DNA of 64,000 nucleotides from an uncultured Chlamydiales bacterium (GCA_963700985.1 OY969554.1:672001-736000); one strand, 5' to 3'. Positions 47,834 through 58,659 are shown, counted from the first letter of the stretch. Made by a program: numbers and translations. The notes: a model not told the origin generated them from the letters alone.

Positions 47834-48886
47834 TTATAACCCCGGAGCAAAAACGTCTTTTTCAAGTTCAATTGGATTAGGCCATGGGCTCTCTTCAGCA
47901 TATTTCATCGCAGCAACCACGATCTCTTTCTGCTCTTTATCCATAGCTTGATATTCAGCTTCAGTGATCATGCCAAGCGAAGAGAGTGTTTTAAACATAA
48001 TGATCAGCGGATCGCGTTCCATGCACTCTTTCAATGTATCTTTAGAGCGGTAGAGCGCAGGATCAGAAATTGAGTGTCCGCGGAAGCGCTCGGTAACAAC
48101 TTCAACTAGCACAGGGCGTGATGTCTTTTTCATCTCTTCATAAACATGCTGGAATCCCGCATAGCAGTTGAAGAAATCCATTCCATCAAACGTGTAACCT
48201 TTTATGCCAAAACTGGGAGCTTTGAGTTCCGCGATAGGCTCAGCAGAAATTGCTCTTTCGACATGCGTTCCCATGCCCCACTGGTTGTTCTCAATTACAT
48301 AAATGCAAGGGAGATCCCAGAGCGCGGCAATATTAATCGATTCATGGAAGGAGCCTTGTGCAACTGCACCATCACCCATAAAACAGAGTGACACTTCACA
48401 GGGAGCCACAGGCTGATTCAGTTTTACATTCTTCGCATATTTGATGGTAAAGGCAGCGCCTGTGCCAATAGGAATCTGACCGCCGACAATGCCAAATCCA
48501 CCTAAAAGGCGGTCGGTAAAAAAGTGCATTGAGCCACCTCTACCTTTCGCATTGCCTGTGGCTTTTCCATAGAGTTCAGCCATTAGCTCATTTGGTGTCG
48601 CCCCAAGCAGAAGCGCAAATCCATGACAGCGATAAGTGGTAGACCACCACTGATCGCGGCCCATAACTGCATAAGCAGAAGCTGCGATCGCCTCTTGACC
48701 CATGTAAGAATGAAAAAAACCGCCTACTTTGCCTTGCTGATAAGCAGATTCTGCACGGATTTCAAAATTGCGAATAAGCAGCATGGATTTCAAGACGCTA
48801 AGAAGTTTTTCGGCGCCAATTGAACGCGCGAGCTTCTCACTATCGTGCTGGAAAAAATGGTATTGAACTTGTTTATGCTGTGTCAT
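47834..48886 (-). CDS. pdhA: Pyruvate dehydrogenase E1 alpha
   Basis: GRGGSMH, GDGA...NN TPP motif, RFRGHSISDP. Confidence 0.96.
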   Translation of the reverse strand: MTQHKQVQYHFFQHDSEKLARSIGAEKLLSVLKSMLLIRNFEIRAESAYQQGKVGGFFHSYMGQEAIAASAYAVMGRDQWWSTTYRCHGFALLLGATPNELMAELYGKATGNAKGRGGSMHFFTDRLLGGFGIVGGQIPIGTGAAFTIKYAKNVKLNQPVAPCEVSLCFMGDGAVAQGSFHESINIAALWDLPCIYVIENNQWGMGTHVERAISAEPIAELKAPSFGIKGYTFDGMDFFNCYAGFQHVYEEMKKTSRPVLVEVVTERFRGHSISDPALYRSKDTLKECMERDPLIIMFKTLSSLGMITEAEYQAMDKEQKEIVVAAMKYAEESPWPNPIELEKDVFAPGL

Positions 48887-48894
48887 GAGCTAGC

Positions 48895-49074
48895 CTAAAA
48901 ACCAGCACCCGGGACACTTCTCACCGGGCTATTACTACCGATGATGTGCGGGTTATTTGTGGTAGGCACAGTATGAAGGTCATCATCAGAATGGGCTTGA
49001 TAACAACCAGATAGGGTGAGGGCACAAAATGCCGCCAGAGAGAAAATTATAGTATTTCTTTGCATTAAGATCAT
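48895..49074 (-). CDS. Small lipoprotein
   Basis: AAGGAG RBS, lipobox LSGC, TVPTTNNP. Confidence 0.65.
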   Translation of the reverse strand: MILMQRNTIIFSLAAFCALTLSGCYQAHSDDDLHTVPTTNNPHIIGSNSPVRSVPGAGF

Positions 49075-49121
49075 CGCACTCCTTCTCATAATGCGACCCA
49101 GATTAGCAAATACAGAAAAAA

Positions 49122-49691
49122 TCATCTATCTTTATCACGAAGCTGATAGAGACGGCAGCCTCTATCCTTGAGAAGCTGAAACTGTTTTTTATACTTTTTG
49201 ACGAGTGCTCGGTCTTGGATAATCAGGGCATTTTCTTGATTTGAGTGGTCGGCTTTATGCGTCAGATTAAAAGAGCCAGTCCAGAGAATTTTATCTCCAA
49301 AAAGGCAAAATTTATCATGCATAAGCGACGATCTTTCATCCTTTGTACTTGAAGGAGGCGGCGACCATACTAAAATTGGAATATTGGCTTGTGCCATCTT
49401 ATTTAATGCCGAAGAGAAGTTGAGCGAAAAAGGATCGACGATAAGCTCGATCTGTACTCCGCGTTTTTTCGCTTCACATAGTGCCAGAGCAATCTTCGTA
49501 TGCGAAAAAGCGTAGCTTGCGATGAAAATGCTCTTTTCTTCTTCGTCGATTAGGCTGATTAATCGCTCAGCAAGATGATCATCAGGAGAAAAGAGAACCT
49601 CGCAGGCATTCTTCTCCCCTGCCGCTTTTGCCGCATGCAGCGGAACAAAACACACCAGAAGTAGAAGCAGCAGATATCTAAAAACAGACAT
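49122..49691 (-). CDS. Single-domain phospholipase D/Nuc-family protein, exported
   Basis: LFSP, MHDKFCLFGD..WTGSFN, NQENAL; signal peptide. Confidence 0.88.
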   Translation of the reverse strand: MSVFRYLLLLLLVCFVPLHAAKAAGEKNACEVLFSPDDHLAERLISLIDEEEKSIFIASYAFSHTKIALALCEAKKRGVQIELIVDPFSLNFSSALNKMAQANIPILVWSPPPSSTKDERSSLMHDKFCLFGDKILWTGSFNLTHKADHSNQENALIIQDRALVKKYKKQFQLLKDRGCRLYQLRDKDR

Positions 49692-49771
49692 ACAAAAAAA
49701 TATATCAACACTTCCCAAATTGTGCAATTTTTTCTTCACATCAATTTTAATTATAAGAAGAAAATTTCTGT

Positions 49772-49972
49772 TTAGATCAACTCTGGCTGCTCGTGCGCTT
49801 ATTTCCCGCCAGACTTCGTCTTATTGGCAGGTCCCTTCTCGCGTCACCTCACAGTACCCATCTAAGAATAGAAAGCAGATTCGGGTTTCTTACGTTGGTT
49901 CTGCGAGATGAGGCGCAAGGGAGGCAGCGGGAGGCGCGGACACTTCAGTGCCGTGCCTCCGACATGTCTAAT
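49772..49972. other. Long imperfect hairpin, structured intergenic element (ncRNA or palindromic element)
   Basis: CCCTT..CTCACAGTACC..TAAGAA pairs with TTCTTA..GGTTCTGCGAG..AAGGG; further hairpin GGAGGCGCGG...CCGTGCCTCC. Confidence 0.45.
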
Positions 49973-50078
49973 GCCATCATTTAAGAAACCTTTAATTAAT
50001 TCTAATTACCAAAATCTTTCAGTTAGCGGTTGAAAAATGGGGGTTGTGGATTTTGAAAATGTGCACTAGACTGAGGAT

Positions 50079-50771
50079 ATGTCAAAACGTCCAATCTACT
50101 ACGACACTGAGACCACTGGGATCAGCGCAGCCAAAGATCGAATTGTGGAAATCGCCGCATTTGATCCGGTGCAAAACCGCACCTTCGTGCAGTTTGTAAA
50201 TCCAGGTATGCCTATTCCAAAAGAAGCTTCAGCAATCCACCACATCACAGATGAGATGGTTAAAGACGCTCCAACATGGCAAGAGATCGGACGCACTTTT
50301 GAAGAGTTCTGTGGCAGTGACACTGTGCTCATTGCCCATAACAACGATTCATTCGACAAGGTCTTTTTGGAAGAAGAATATAAACGCAATCAGATGACGA
50401 TGCCAGAGTGGCCATTTATCGATTCACTCAAGTGGGCCCGCAAATACCGCAGCGACCTTCCAAGGCACACGCTTCAAATTCTGCGCGAAGTTTATAACAT
50501 CCCTGCAAATCAAGCCCACCGCGCGCTTGATGACGTGATGGTCTTAAGTGAAGTCTTTTCACAGATGATCGATGATCTTTCTATGGAACAAGTGATCGAT
50601 CTTCTAGCCAAGCCCACCAAGCTCGACAGAATGCCTTTTGGAAAGCACCAAGGTAAGATTTTATCTAGTGTGCCAAAGGATTACATCGCTTGGCTTGGAT
50701 CGAGTGGTGCTTTCGATAAGGCTGACAACAAAGAATTGAAAGCTGCCTTCGAAAAACTCGGCATGCTCTAA
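50079..50771 (+). CDS. dnaQ: DnaQ-like DEDDh 3'-5' exonuclease with C-terminal MPFGKH domain
   Basis: YYDTETTG, AHNNDSFD, AHRALDD, MPFGKHQG. Confidence 0.85.
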   Translation: MSKRPIYYDTETTGISAAKDRIVEIAAFDPVQNRTFVQFVNPGMPIPKEASAIHHITDEMVKDAPTWQEIGRTFEEFCGSDTVLIAHNNDSFDKVFLEEEYKRNQMTMPEWPFIDSLKWARKYRSDLPRHTLQILREVYNIPANQAHRALDDVMVLSEVFSQMIDDLSMEQVIDLLAKPTKLDRMPFGKHQGKILSSVPKDYIAWLGSSGAFDKADNKELKAAFEKLGML

Positions 50772-50847
50772 CCTCCCCTTACTACACTCTCCGCAGAGAA
50801 AAAAAAGTGGAATCTGCTTTCAGAGCTAACTTATGTTCTAAGGAAAA

Positions 50848-50989
50848 TAACAGGATCCGCTTCGCTAGCAGGATCGCCGCTTACGCGTCGACAGGATAAG
50901 TAAGATGAAGAGGGAAGCTTTTTTTATCTTGCATATCCGGCCGGCGCTTTGCGCCGATCCTGCTTATCCTGTAAATGATTTACTAATAA
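50848..50989. repeat. Palindromic intergenic element, CAGGAT/ATCCTG family, copy 2
   Basis: TAACAGGAT...ATCCTGTAAATGATTTACTAATAA, homologous to 20205-20318. Confidence 0.8.
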
Positions 50990-50995
50990 AGCTTG

Positions 50996-52957
50996 TTAGA
51001 GTGGTGTTGAGATGAGAGGCTCTTCGACTCGTTCGACATGCTCGACGCGATCGCGCATCGTAAAGGCTTCCCACATATCTCTGAAGCCTTTGCATTTTTG
51101 CAGTAGCTCATCGCGTGGTCCTTCAGCGATTTTCTCGCCTCTTTCTAGATAGATAATCTTATCCGCATGTTCGACAGTTGCCAAGCGGTGCGCGATGATG
51201 ATCTGCGTCACTTCGCCATGCAGCTCTGCAATCGCGTTTTTGATGCGATTTTCGCTGATGGCATCGAGTGAAGATGTGGCCTCGTCGAGAATCAGGATCG
51301 GTGCATTTTTAACCAGCGCGCGCGCAATAGCAAGGCGCTGCTGTTGACCACCCGAAAGGTTTTTGCCAGTTTCGGCTAATAAAGAATCATATTTTTCTGG
51401 CAAGCGCACAATAAACTCATCCGCATGGGCGCGCTTTGCTGCATTCTCTATCGACTCGCGCGAAAAATTGCGACCGAATGCAATATTAGCAGCTACCGTG
51501 TCATAGAAAAGAAAGGGTTTCTGAGAAACAAAAGCGATCTTTTCGCGAAGAGATTTTTGCGCGTAAGAGTTCAATGGTTTCCCATCGACGCGAATCTCCC
51601 CTTTTTGCACATCGTAAAGACGTGGAAGCAGTTGTACGATCGTAGACTTTCCTGCGCCGGTTGGGCCGACAATTGCAACTGTCTCCCCTTTTTTGATTTT
51701 GAAGCTAACATCTTTCAGAACCCACTCGCCATCATAGCGAAACCAGACGTGATCGAATTCTATTGAGTCTTCAAAATTCTCAAACTGGAGAGCTCCCGCT
51801 TTATCTTCGATATGTGAGCGCTGCGTTAAAACTTCAAACATCCGTTCTGCTGCAACTACTCCCCTCTGAATATTCGCATTCTCATCAGCAAACTTCTTAA
51901 CAGGTTCATAGATCAACTGGAGAAGTCCGCAGAAGACGATAAGCTGAGAAAGACTCATGCCGAGTGTATAAAGACCAAATAGCACCACGCTGGCAAGACA
52001 GATGGTTGTAATAGCATGCAGAATAGGTCTGGTGAGCAGCCCATATTTAGCAGTTTTACTCTCTAAAACAGCCATGCGATCGTTCTGCTCTTTGTATTTG
52101 CTGAGTGAAAACGATTCCATTGCAAAAATTTTTACAGTCTGAATACCTGCTAAAAAGTCGATTAAAACCGAGGCAAACTTCTCTTGATTAGATTGCAGCT
52201 GGCGCGAAACGCGTTTAACTCGTCTGGCCAAAAGAACAATCGGAAGAACGATTAGAGGCACACCAAAGAAAATCACCAAGGAAAGCTGCCAGGAAAGATA
52301 AAAGCACATCATCAAACAGGTGACTAGTGTAAATGGCGTCTGAAGGTAGTTAGTGAGCCAAGAGTTAATCGAAGTGGCAATCTGGCCAGCATCTCCCACC
52401 ACACGTGAGGAGAGCCCTCCAATATTATGCTGCTGATAAAAACTCATCGGCAGAGCTTGGATGTGTTCAAAATACTGCTGTCTTAAGTCGCGGCTGACGC
52501 GAATCGATAAGATCTGAGTAGTGTATCTGCTAGCAAACAGCCATATGGCTTTAAAAACAGCCACGCAAACCAAGATGGCAATAAGCGCATTGATGTTATC
52601 TGATAAACTGAACTGTGATTTAACTTTATGGATGACCCAATTTAATGGGTTTGTCTCTTTGCTCTGTGATAGATATGCAGCGGCCTGCTGTTTGGTGATC
52701 GCGCCTGTGCCCTGTGTATCGATCTGCGTCCATCTGGCTTGAACTTCGCCAATTGAGATTTCATTCTGCTGGATATTCTTTTCTGTTTTTTCTGTTCCGA
52801 ATAGAGCGAAGAAGTCAGAGCCGTTATTTGCAAGCACACCGAGCGCAAACATCTCCATCTGGCTAGCGATAGTCAATGCAAAAAGAGTCAAGAAGGTGGT
52901 GATCAGCAGTGCAAGATGCTTTTTACTGCGTAAAGCAGCCTGCAAGAGTAGTTTCAT
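50996..52957 (-). CDS. msbA: MsbA-like ABC exporter
   Basis: TM domain plus GPTGAGKST, LSGGQQQR, LILDEATS; adjacent to accA as in Chlamydia. Confidence 0.85.
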   Translation of the reverse strand: MKLLLQAALRSKKHLALLITTFLTLFALTIASQMEMFALGVLANNGSDFFALFGTEKTEKNIQQNEISIGEVQARWTQIDTQGTGAITKQQAAAYLSQSKETNPLNWVIHKVKSQFSLSDNINALIAILVCVAVFKAIWLFASRYTTQILSIRVSRDLRQQYFEHIQALPMSFYQQHNIGGLSSRVVGDAGQIATSINSWLTNYLQTPFTLVTCLMMCFYLSWQLSLVIFFGVPLIVLPIVLLARRVKRVSRQLQSNQEKFASVLIDFLAGIQTVKIFAMESFSLSKYKEQNDRMAVLESKTAKYGLLTRPILHAITTICLASVVLFGLYTLGMSLSQLIVFCGLLQLIYEPVKKFADENANIQRGVVAAERMFEVLTQRSHIEDKAGALQFENFEDSIEFDHVWFRYDGEWVLKDVSFKIKKGETVAIVGPTGAGKSTIVQLLPRLYDVQKGEIRVDGKPLNSYAQKSLREKIAFVSQKPFLFYDTVAANIAFGRNFSRESIENAAKRAHADEFIVRLPEKYDSLLAETGKNLSGGQQQRLAIARALVKNAPILILDEATSSLDAISENRIKNAIAELHGEVTQIIIAHRLATVEHADKIIYLERGEKIAEGPRDELLQKCKGFRDMWEAFTMRDRVEHVERVEEPLISTPL

Positions 52958-52979
52958 AAGATAAGCTCAAAAGTAGACT

Positions 52980-53933
52980 TTAGTGTGTAGACTCAGTAAA
53001 TCTACCCATTTTGCGGAATTTTAAATAGCGTTGTCTGATCAATTCATCCGGAGGGATCTGTTTTAACATCTTCCACTTGTCTAAAACAAACTCCTTTACA
53101 ATTCGGTAAACATGTTGTGGATCGTGATGAGCTCCGCCTAAAGGCTCCTCGAGAATCGTATCGATAATTTCAAATTTTAATAGATCTTCAGCGTGGATCT
53201 TCAGCGCACTAGCCGCAGTTTCGTTTTTGCCGGCATCTTTCCAGAGAATCGAAGCGCAGCCCTCAGGAGAAATAACTGAATAATAAGAGTGTTCGAGCAT
53301 CGCGATCTCATCGCCGATCCCCATCCCTAAAGCTCCACCCGAACAACCTTCCCCTATTAGAAGCACGATTACGGGAGTTTCAAGCTTAGACATTTCCCAA
53401 AGATTTTGTGCAATCGCCCAACCCTGACCACGCTCTTCTGCAGTTAGGCCAGGATAAGCACCAGGAGTGTCTAAAAGTGACAATATAGGCAGTTTAAACT
53501 TCTCAGCCAGACGCATGCAGCGCAGCGCTTTGCGGTAGCCTTCGGGATGCGGCATGCCAAAGTTTCGTTCAAGTCGGCTTTCGGTATCGCAACCTTTTTC
53601 TTGAGCGATGATCATGAATTTCACGCTACCGATTTTACCCAGGCCGCAAATAATAGCAGGATCATTGCGGAATAGACGATCGCCACACAGCTCGGTGAAA
53701 TCTTCGCAAAGGTTTTTAATGTAATCAATAGAACGTGGGCGCGCGGGATGACGGCAAATAGCGACGCGTTCCCAAGGAGTTAGGTTTGAGTAAACGCGAT
53801 TTTTAAGCTGCTCGAGCTTCTTTTCCAATTTGAGGAGCTCATCTTCAGACCAGAGAGAATTATTCTTATTCTGCTCTTTGACCTGAGTGATCGTCTTCTC
53901 ATATTCTAAAATCTGCTTCTCATGCGGCAGCAT
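52980..53933 (-). CDS. accA: Acetyl-CoA carboxylase carboxyltransferase alpha
   Basis: [31 protein letters not shown]. Confidence 0.97.
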   Translation of the reverse strand: MLPHEKQILEYEKTITQVKEQNKNNSLWSEDELLKLEKKLEQLKNRVYSNLTPWERVAICRHPARPRSIDYIKNLCEDFTELCGDRLFRNDPAIICGLGKIGSVKFMIIAQEKGCDTESRLERNFGMPHPEGYRKALRCMRLAEKFKLPILSLLDTPGAYPGLTAEERGQGWAIAQNLWEMSKLETPVIVLLIGEGCSGGALGMGIGDEIAMLEHSYYSVISPEGCASILWKDAGKNETAASALKIHAEDLLKFEIIDTILEEPLGGAHHDPQHVYRIVKEFVLDKWKMLKQIPPDELIRQRYLKFRKMGRFTESTH

Positions 53934-53956
53934 ACGTAAACCCTTTTTATGTGAGG

Positions 53957-55000
53957 TTAGCGAGTCGGAGTTGCGACCTCTATTCCTGGCAGGCGCGCCT
54001 CTCTAAAATCTTTTACAATCATCACAAAGCATGGCTTAGTGATGATAATCGAAAAAAGCTCTTCCATATCTTCTGCGGAAAGAAGAATCGAGCCATCGCT
54101 CTCATTTTTTCCAATGATTTCGCGGTTTTCAACCATCTGGCCAGTTTTGGAATCGAGCACCCAGGGAGCGCCATGAATTCCATACCCTTTAGTTAAAACT
54201 GCGGTTCCTTCAATTGCTTCATGAAACGGAATCCAACGTGTTCCAAAAACGCTGACCATTTCGACTTTCTGATCGCGAAAAAAGCCCGATGTTCCAGGTT
54301 TATAAATCGCAATCTTGCTTCCCAGTGAATAGGTTCCAAGCGGAGTCAAGCTTCCAGAAGAACTAAGCGAGTCTGGACGTCCCACGGCCACTTGAAAAGT
54401 CTTTAGAAGCACGCGCTCTTTTGTATCGAGGTCTAAATAGTAGAAACCCATTTTACAACGGGCTAAATCGACCAGCAGATAAAAATTAATGTGCTTATCT
54501 TTGCGAAAGACGTTAAAACGGCTTCCCGGAGAGACTTTTTGTGTGAAGTAATCTGAGACACCATTCAAGCTGCGGGCAATGAAATGACGGGATGTCGCAT
54601 AGTGAGTGGCATAGTCCGAAATCCAAGCTGGACGACCTTTTAGCCAGGGAACAGAACTCGCATAAGTTAGGGTTTCGACAATCGGAAGTTTAGCTGGACC
54701 CGTAGTAAATAGTTGAAAGACTCGGTCGATGTTAGGAAAATCTTGAACAGATGAACTGGCAGGCAGAGCTTTTGAAGGCTGATTCCCCTTATCTGAACGG
54801 CTTTCTTTAGCGTTAGTTTGGGCTTTTTCACCCTTAACAGTTTTTTGGGCAGCTTCCTTCTTAGGCGAAGGGAGATTAGCCTCTGTTTTTAAGGCAGAAG
54901 TGGTCGTTTTGGAAGCTGGCTTCTTTTTAATAAGAGCCACCCCTCCAATAATCGCGAATACCGCAATTGCGCCTAAAAAGAGAATTTTTGGAAAAGACAA
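53957..55000 (-). CDS. Membrane-anchored L,D-transpeptidase (YkuD)-like protein with catalytic Cys replaced by Ser
   Basis: N-terminal TM, TPLGTY, FGTRWI, YGIHG...SDGSILL. Confidence 0.75.
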   Translation of the reverse strand: MSFPKILFLGAIAVFAIIGGVALIKKKPASKTTTSALKTEANLPSPKKEAAQKTVKGEKAQTNAKESRSDKGNQPSKALPASSSVQDFPNIDRVFQLFTTGPAKLPIVETLTYASSVPWLKGRPAWISDYATHYATSRHFIARSLNGVSDYFTQKVSPGSRFNVFRKDKHINFYLLVDLARCKMGFYYLDLDTKERVLLKTFQVAVGRPDSLSSSGSLTPLGTYSLGSKIAIYKPGTSGFFRDQKVEMVSVFGTRWIPFHEAIEGTAVLTKGYGIHGAPWVLDSKTGQMVENREIIGKNESDGSILLSAEDMEELFSIIITKPCFVMIVKDFREARLPGIEVATPTR

Positions 55001-55143
55001 AAGCCTTTAACCCCCAAGCATCGGTGAAATTATGCTAACTATTATCACTAAAGCTGAATAATTTTCAACAAAAGGCTGCTAAACATATAAATAAAATATT
55101 TATATTCAACTAGAATAGATTAGCTTAAACATGCCTAAAAACT

Positions 55144-55485
55144 CTAGGGGCGCTGAGCGGGAGGATTCTGAGATTGCGCCTGTTGCTGCTTCAAGCGATC
55201 TCTTTCAATCAACTTGCGCATCTTTTTTCCAGGTGTGAATTTGACAGCCAAGCGAGCTGGAATTACGATGGGAACACCGGCATTTTTAGGATTACGGCCA
55301 ATCTTCTGCTTTCTTTCGACAACTTCGAAGACACCAAAATCACGGAATTCAAGTCGATCACCTTTACCTAAAAATTGTGTCATCGCATCCAGAAAAGACT
55401 GGATAACGTTACGCACATCGTTCGGATGGATGCTTCTCTCTTGAGAAATAACCTGGATTAGCTTCTTTTTAGTGATCGTTCCCAT
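55144..55485 (-). CDS. ihfA: Integration host factor/HU-family DNA-binding protein
   Basis: LEFRDFGVF, KIGRNPK, VKFTPGK. Confidence 0.85.
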   Translation of the reverse strand: MGTITKKKLIQVISQERSIHPNDVRNVIQSFLDAMTQFLGKGDRLEFRDFGVFEVVERKQKIGRNPKNAGVPIVIPARLAVKFTPGKKMRKLIERDRLKQQQAQSQNPPAQRP

Positions 55486-55563
55486 ATCTTAAGACTCCTG
55501 TTGCCAACACTTTCGGCGAATAAGCTCATTGTTGTATCGCACTGATTTTCAAGCAAGTGGTTT

Positions 55564-56838
55564 TCAGCTCTCAACCTCAATTAGCACCTTTTTTTTCTTT
55601 CCCGAACCGAGAAGAAGATAGCGGCCTCCAATGAGATGCTCTGTTTTGAAGCTGAATTGCACATCTTGGATTTTTTCATTATTTACATAAGCTCCGCCAT
55701 TATTAATCAAGCGGACGGCCTCTCCCTTGCTTGCAAGCAGACCAATTTTAACTGAAAGATCTGTGTAACGCTCTCCCACTATCTCATGACTTTTCAAAGA
55801 AACATGCGGCATATCTTTAGCAATTTCTTGCAAAACTTGCGGATCAAGCATGGTTTCTGTGCCCGGCTTTGCTCCATCAGTAACTTTGAGCGCCGTTTGT
55901 AGCCCCTCTTCTCCATGCACAAGACGCGTCACCTCTTCAGCAAGCCTTCGCTGGGCAGTGTTGGGCATGTAATCGGCTTTTTCCATCATTTGAACATACG
56001 TCTCAATCTCTTCCAAGTCCATGTAGGTCAAGAGGCGCATGAGCTTGATTACATCGGCATCGGGCATGCGGAAAAGGTATTGATAAAACTGGTAGGGTGA
56101 TACGCGCTCTGGGGAAAGCCAGATCGCGCCTTCTTCGGTCTTGCCAAATTTTTTGCCGTCGCTACGTGTAAGCAACTGAAAAGTTAAACCATAAGCCGGC
56201 TTGGCAAGCACTTTGCGAATAAGCTCAATCCCGCTGACAATATTCCCCCATTGGTCGCTACCACCCATTTGCAGCACCACACCATATTCACGCTGCAGAT
56301 AAAGAAAATCATAGGCTTGCAAAAGTTGGTAGCAGAACTCAGTAAAGCTAATTCCATCTTCCGATTCTAAGCGCGAGCGCACCATCTCTTTGGCCAGCAT
56401 CGTACTCACGCGGAAGTTCTTTCCTGTATCACGCAAAAAATCGATCAAATTAACTTCTGAAAACCAGGTGTCATTATTGAGAATCACCGGACGTGTTGCA
56501 GGATTAGAAAAATCGAGGATCTGCTCAAAGTGCTTTTGAATGCCTGAGATATTATATTCGATGGTCGCGCTATCCAGAAGTGGTCTTTCAATACTTTTGC
56601 CTGAAGGATCTCCAATTCGGCCAGTGGCTCCGCCTAAGATGACGTAAGGTGCATGTCCAAAACGTTGAAACCAACCCAGCGCGACAATCCCCATCAAATT
56701 GCCCAAATGAAGGCTATCTGCTGACGGATCGAAACCGATATAAACTTTAATGGGGTTTTTAACGATGAGGCGAATCTCTTCGCTGGTCATTGCCTCTATG
56801 AATCCCCTCTTTTGAAGGCATTCAATCAGATCTTGCAT
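55564..56838 (-). CDS. tyrS: Tyrosyl-tRNA synthetase
   Basis: YIGFDPSADSLHLGN, QMGGSDQWGN, KFGKT, S4-like tail. Confidence 0.97.
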   Translation of the reverse strand: MQDLIECLQKRGFIEAMTSEEIRLIVKNPIKVYIGFDPSADSLHLGNLMGIVALGWFQRFGHAPYVILGGATGRIGDPSGKSIERPLLDSATIEYNISGIQKHFEQILDFSNPATRPVILNNDTWFSEVNLIDFLRDTGKNFRVSTMLAKEMVRSRLESEDGISFTEFCYQLLQAYDFLYLQREYGVVLQMGGSDQWGNIVSGIELIRKVLAKPAYGLTFQLLTRSDGKKFGKTEEGAIWLSPERVSPYQFYQYLFRMPDADVIKLMRLLTYMDLEEIETYVQMMEKADYMPNTAQRRLAEEVTRLVHGEEGLQTALKVTDGAKPGTETMLDPQVLQEIAKDMPHVSLKSHEIVGERYTDLSVKIGLLASKGEAVRLINNGGAYVNNEKIQDVQFSFKTEHLIGGRYLLLGSGKKKKVLIEVES

Positions 56839-56894
56839 GCAACACCTCTAAAAAGGAGCCAATAATTAAACTTAAGTGCTTTTCTGTCAACTCA

Positions 56895-57197
56895 TTAGGT
56901 GAGTTTCTTAGGATTATTGATTTGAAGTTGCTGCGCTAGCTGTGAGATCTTTTGGCTAATATCAGCTGCATTCTGGTTCTCATCAAAAAGGGAAATGGCC
57001 TTCGTGCGTAAAACCACACGCGTGGCTGCATGACGCGAAATCCAGCGATGAATCTCGAAAGTTTTTTCTTTGAGGGCTTGAGGTGTGATCTGACGATCTG
57101 CAGCTTCTAGTTGCTTCTGCAGTTTTTCGCGCGCTCTGCGAGTTTTTGGACTCTCTTCCGCAAATGCCTTACTCTTCTGATTTTCGCCTGAAGACAT
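56895..57197 (-). CDS. Small basic hypothetical protein
   Basis: 100-aa ORF from ATG 57197 with GGGAG upstream. Confidence 0.5.
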   Translation of the reverse strand: MSSGENQKSKAFAEESPKTRRAREKLQKQLEAADRQITPQALKEKTFEIHRWISRHAATRVVLRTKAISLFDENQNAADISQKISQLAQQLQINNPKKLT

Positions 57198-57289
57198 GGT
57201 TAAGCTCCCGTTCACATTGCTTGTCAGACTAAGTTCCCCGCGGATTTTATGCAACACTCCCCACTTTACTATCTGAAAACAAAAATTAG

Positions 57290-57462
57290 ATTAACCACAG
57301 AGTCACAGAGAGCACAGAGCTAAGAGAGATTATTTTTCGCGGGCGAGGCAAAAAATAATCCCCTCACGACTTCGCCGCCGAATCAGCGGCGAGAGGATGT
57401 CAGTTTTTTTGCTTCGCTCGCAAAAAAATGACTTCTTTTTTCTCTGTGCCTCTGTGGTTAAT
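57290..57462. repeat. Palindromic MITE/REPIN-like element, CACAGAG/CTCTGTG family, copy 2
   Basis: ATTAACCACAGAG...CTCTGTGGTTAAT perfect 13-bp terminal inverted repeat. Confidence 0.85.
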
Positions 57463-57527
57463 TTTAAACCCAACCGTTTTGCTTCTTAAAAGGCTTACGT
57501 GTATTCTGAAGAAAAAAAGGAAAAAAT

Positions 57528-58208
57528 ATGACTTTAGAAAAAGCTAAAAAGGCCGTGGGATACACTGCGGCAGAGTTTGTTGAAAATGGCATGATCGTTG
57601 GACTCGGCACCGGCTCGACCGCAGCCTATTTCATCGAACGTCTCGCCCAAAGATGCAAAGAAGGCTTGTCGATCAAAGTCGTCTGCAGCTCCGTTGCATC
57701 TTCTGAGCTCGCCAAACGAGAAGGCCTTCATCCCCATGATATAAATAAAATCTCGGTGATCGATTTGACTGTAGATGGTGCTGATGAGATCGATGAACAA
57801 AAACGCATGATCAAAGGTGGTGGCGGCGCCTGTGTACGTGAAAAAATCGTGGCCACCATGAGCCGCGAAATGGTTGTGATTATCGATGAGACAAAAATCG
57901 TAACCCACCTAGGTGCGCGCAAACTTCCTGTCGAGATTATTCCTTTTGCCCATCCCGTTACCGTAAATCATCTAAAAAAAATTGGCTACGAAGGCCAGTG
58001 GCGCAAAAAAACCGATGGATCACTCTTCTTAACAGACAATGGGAACTATCTCTTCGATGTCACCCTTTCTAATCCATGCACAGACCCAGAAAAAGTGCAT
58101 TTGGAAATTCTTAAAACTCCTGGTGTTCTCGATACAGGCTTTTTCTTCAACCTTGCTGGACGTGTGGTGATCGGTTTTTCCGATGGACAAATTGTCATCC
58201 GTCCCTAA
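57528..58208 (+). CDS. rpiA: Ribose-5-phosphate isomerase A
   Basis: GLGTGST, DGADE, IKGGGG, REKIVA. Confidence 0.96.
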   Translation: MTLEKAKKAVGYTAAEFVENGMIVGLGTGSTAAYFIERLAQRCKEGLSIKVVCSSVASSELAKREGLHPHDINKISVIDLTVDGADEIDEQKRMIKGGGGACVREKIVATMSREMVVIIDETKIVTHLGARKLPVEIIPFAHPVTVNHLKKIGYEGQWRKKTDGSLFLTDNGNYLFDVTLSNPCTDPEKVHLEILKTPGVLDTGFFFNLAGRVVIGFSDGQIVIRP

Positions 58209-58240
58209 TATGAGGAAATAGTTAACAATCGAGCTGTTCT

Positions 58241-58654
58241 ATGCCCTCTGATCTAATCCCCGTGTCTTTTAACAAGATCATGCAAGCGCAGTCTTACACC
58301 GTGATTGTGCTCGGCACAGAGAATAAAAAATTCGCTATCTATACCGACCCAAGCGTCGGCCGAAACATCCAGCTCTATCTAACCGAAGAGCATAAACCTA
58401 GACCTTATACCCACGATCTCATCCATTCCATCTTCGATGGCTTGAACATCAAAATCTTGCAGATTGTGATCAATAACGTTGAAGATACCATCTACTTTGC
58501 TAGGCTCTTTCTCGAACAGCAAATCGGCGATGAGCGCCACATCTTAGAAATTGACGCCAGGCCCAGCGACTGCGTCACACTTGCGCTCATGCACAATGCG
58601 CCTGTCTTTTGTAAAAAAGAAATTCTCGAAAAGGCTGTGCCCCTCGAAGATTAA
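58241..58654 (+). CDS. Bifunctional nuclease family (DUF151) protein
   Basis: PRPYTHDL, YFARL, IDARPSD. Confidence 0.92.
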   Translation: MPSDLIPVSFNKIMQAQSYTVIVLGTENKKFAIYTDPSVGRNIQLYLTEEHKPRPYTHDLIHSIFDGLNIKILQIVINNVEDTIYFARLFLEQQIGDERHILEIDARPSDCVTLALMHNAPVFCKKEILEKAVPLED

Positions 58655-58659
58655 GAAAT

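Noticed and set aside
49122-49691. PLD motif HDKFCLFGD with Asp shifted by one as an inactivation
   Set aside because: His, Lys and the downstream GSxN and NxE are intact; by eye this is not enough to call it inactive
56895-57197. Resemblance of RVVLRTKAISL..ADIS to an IS630 HTH start, next to a palindromic element
   Set aside because: Too short and weak; no DDE domain or IS ends visible
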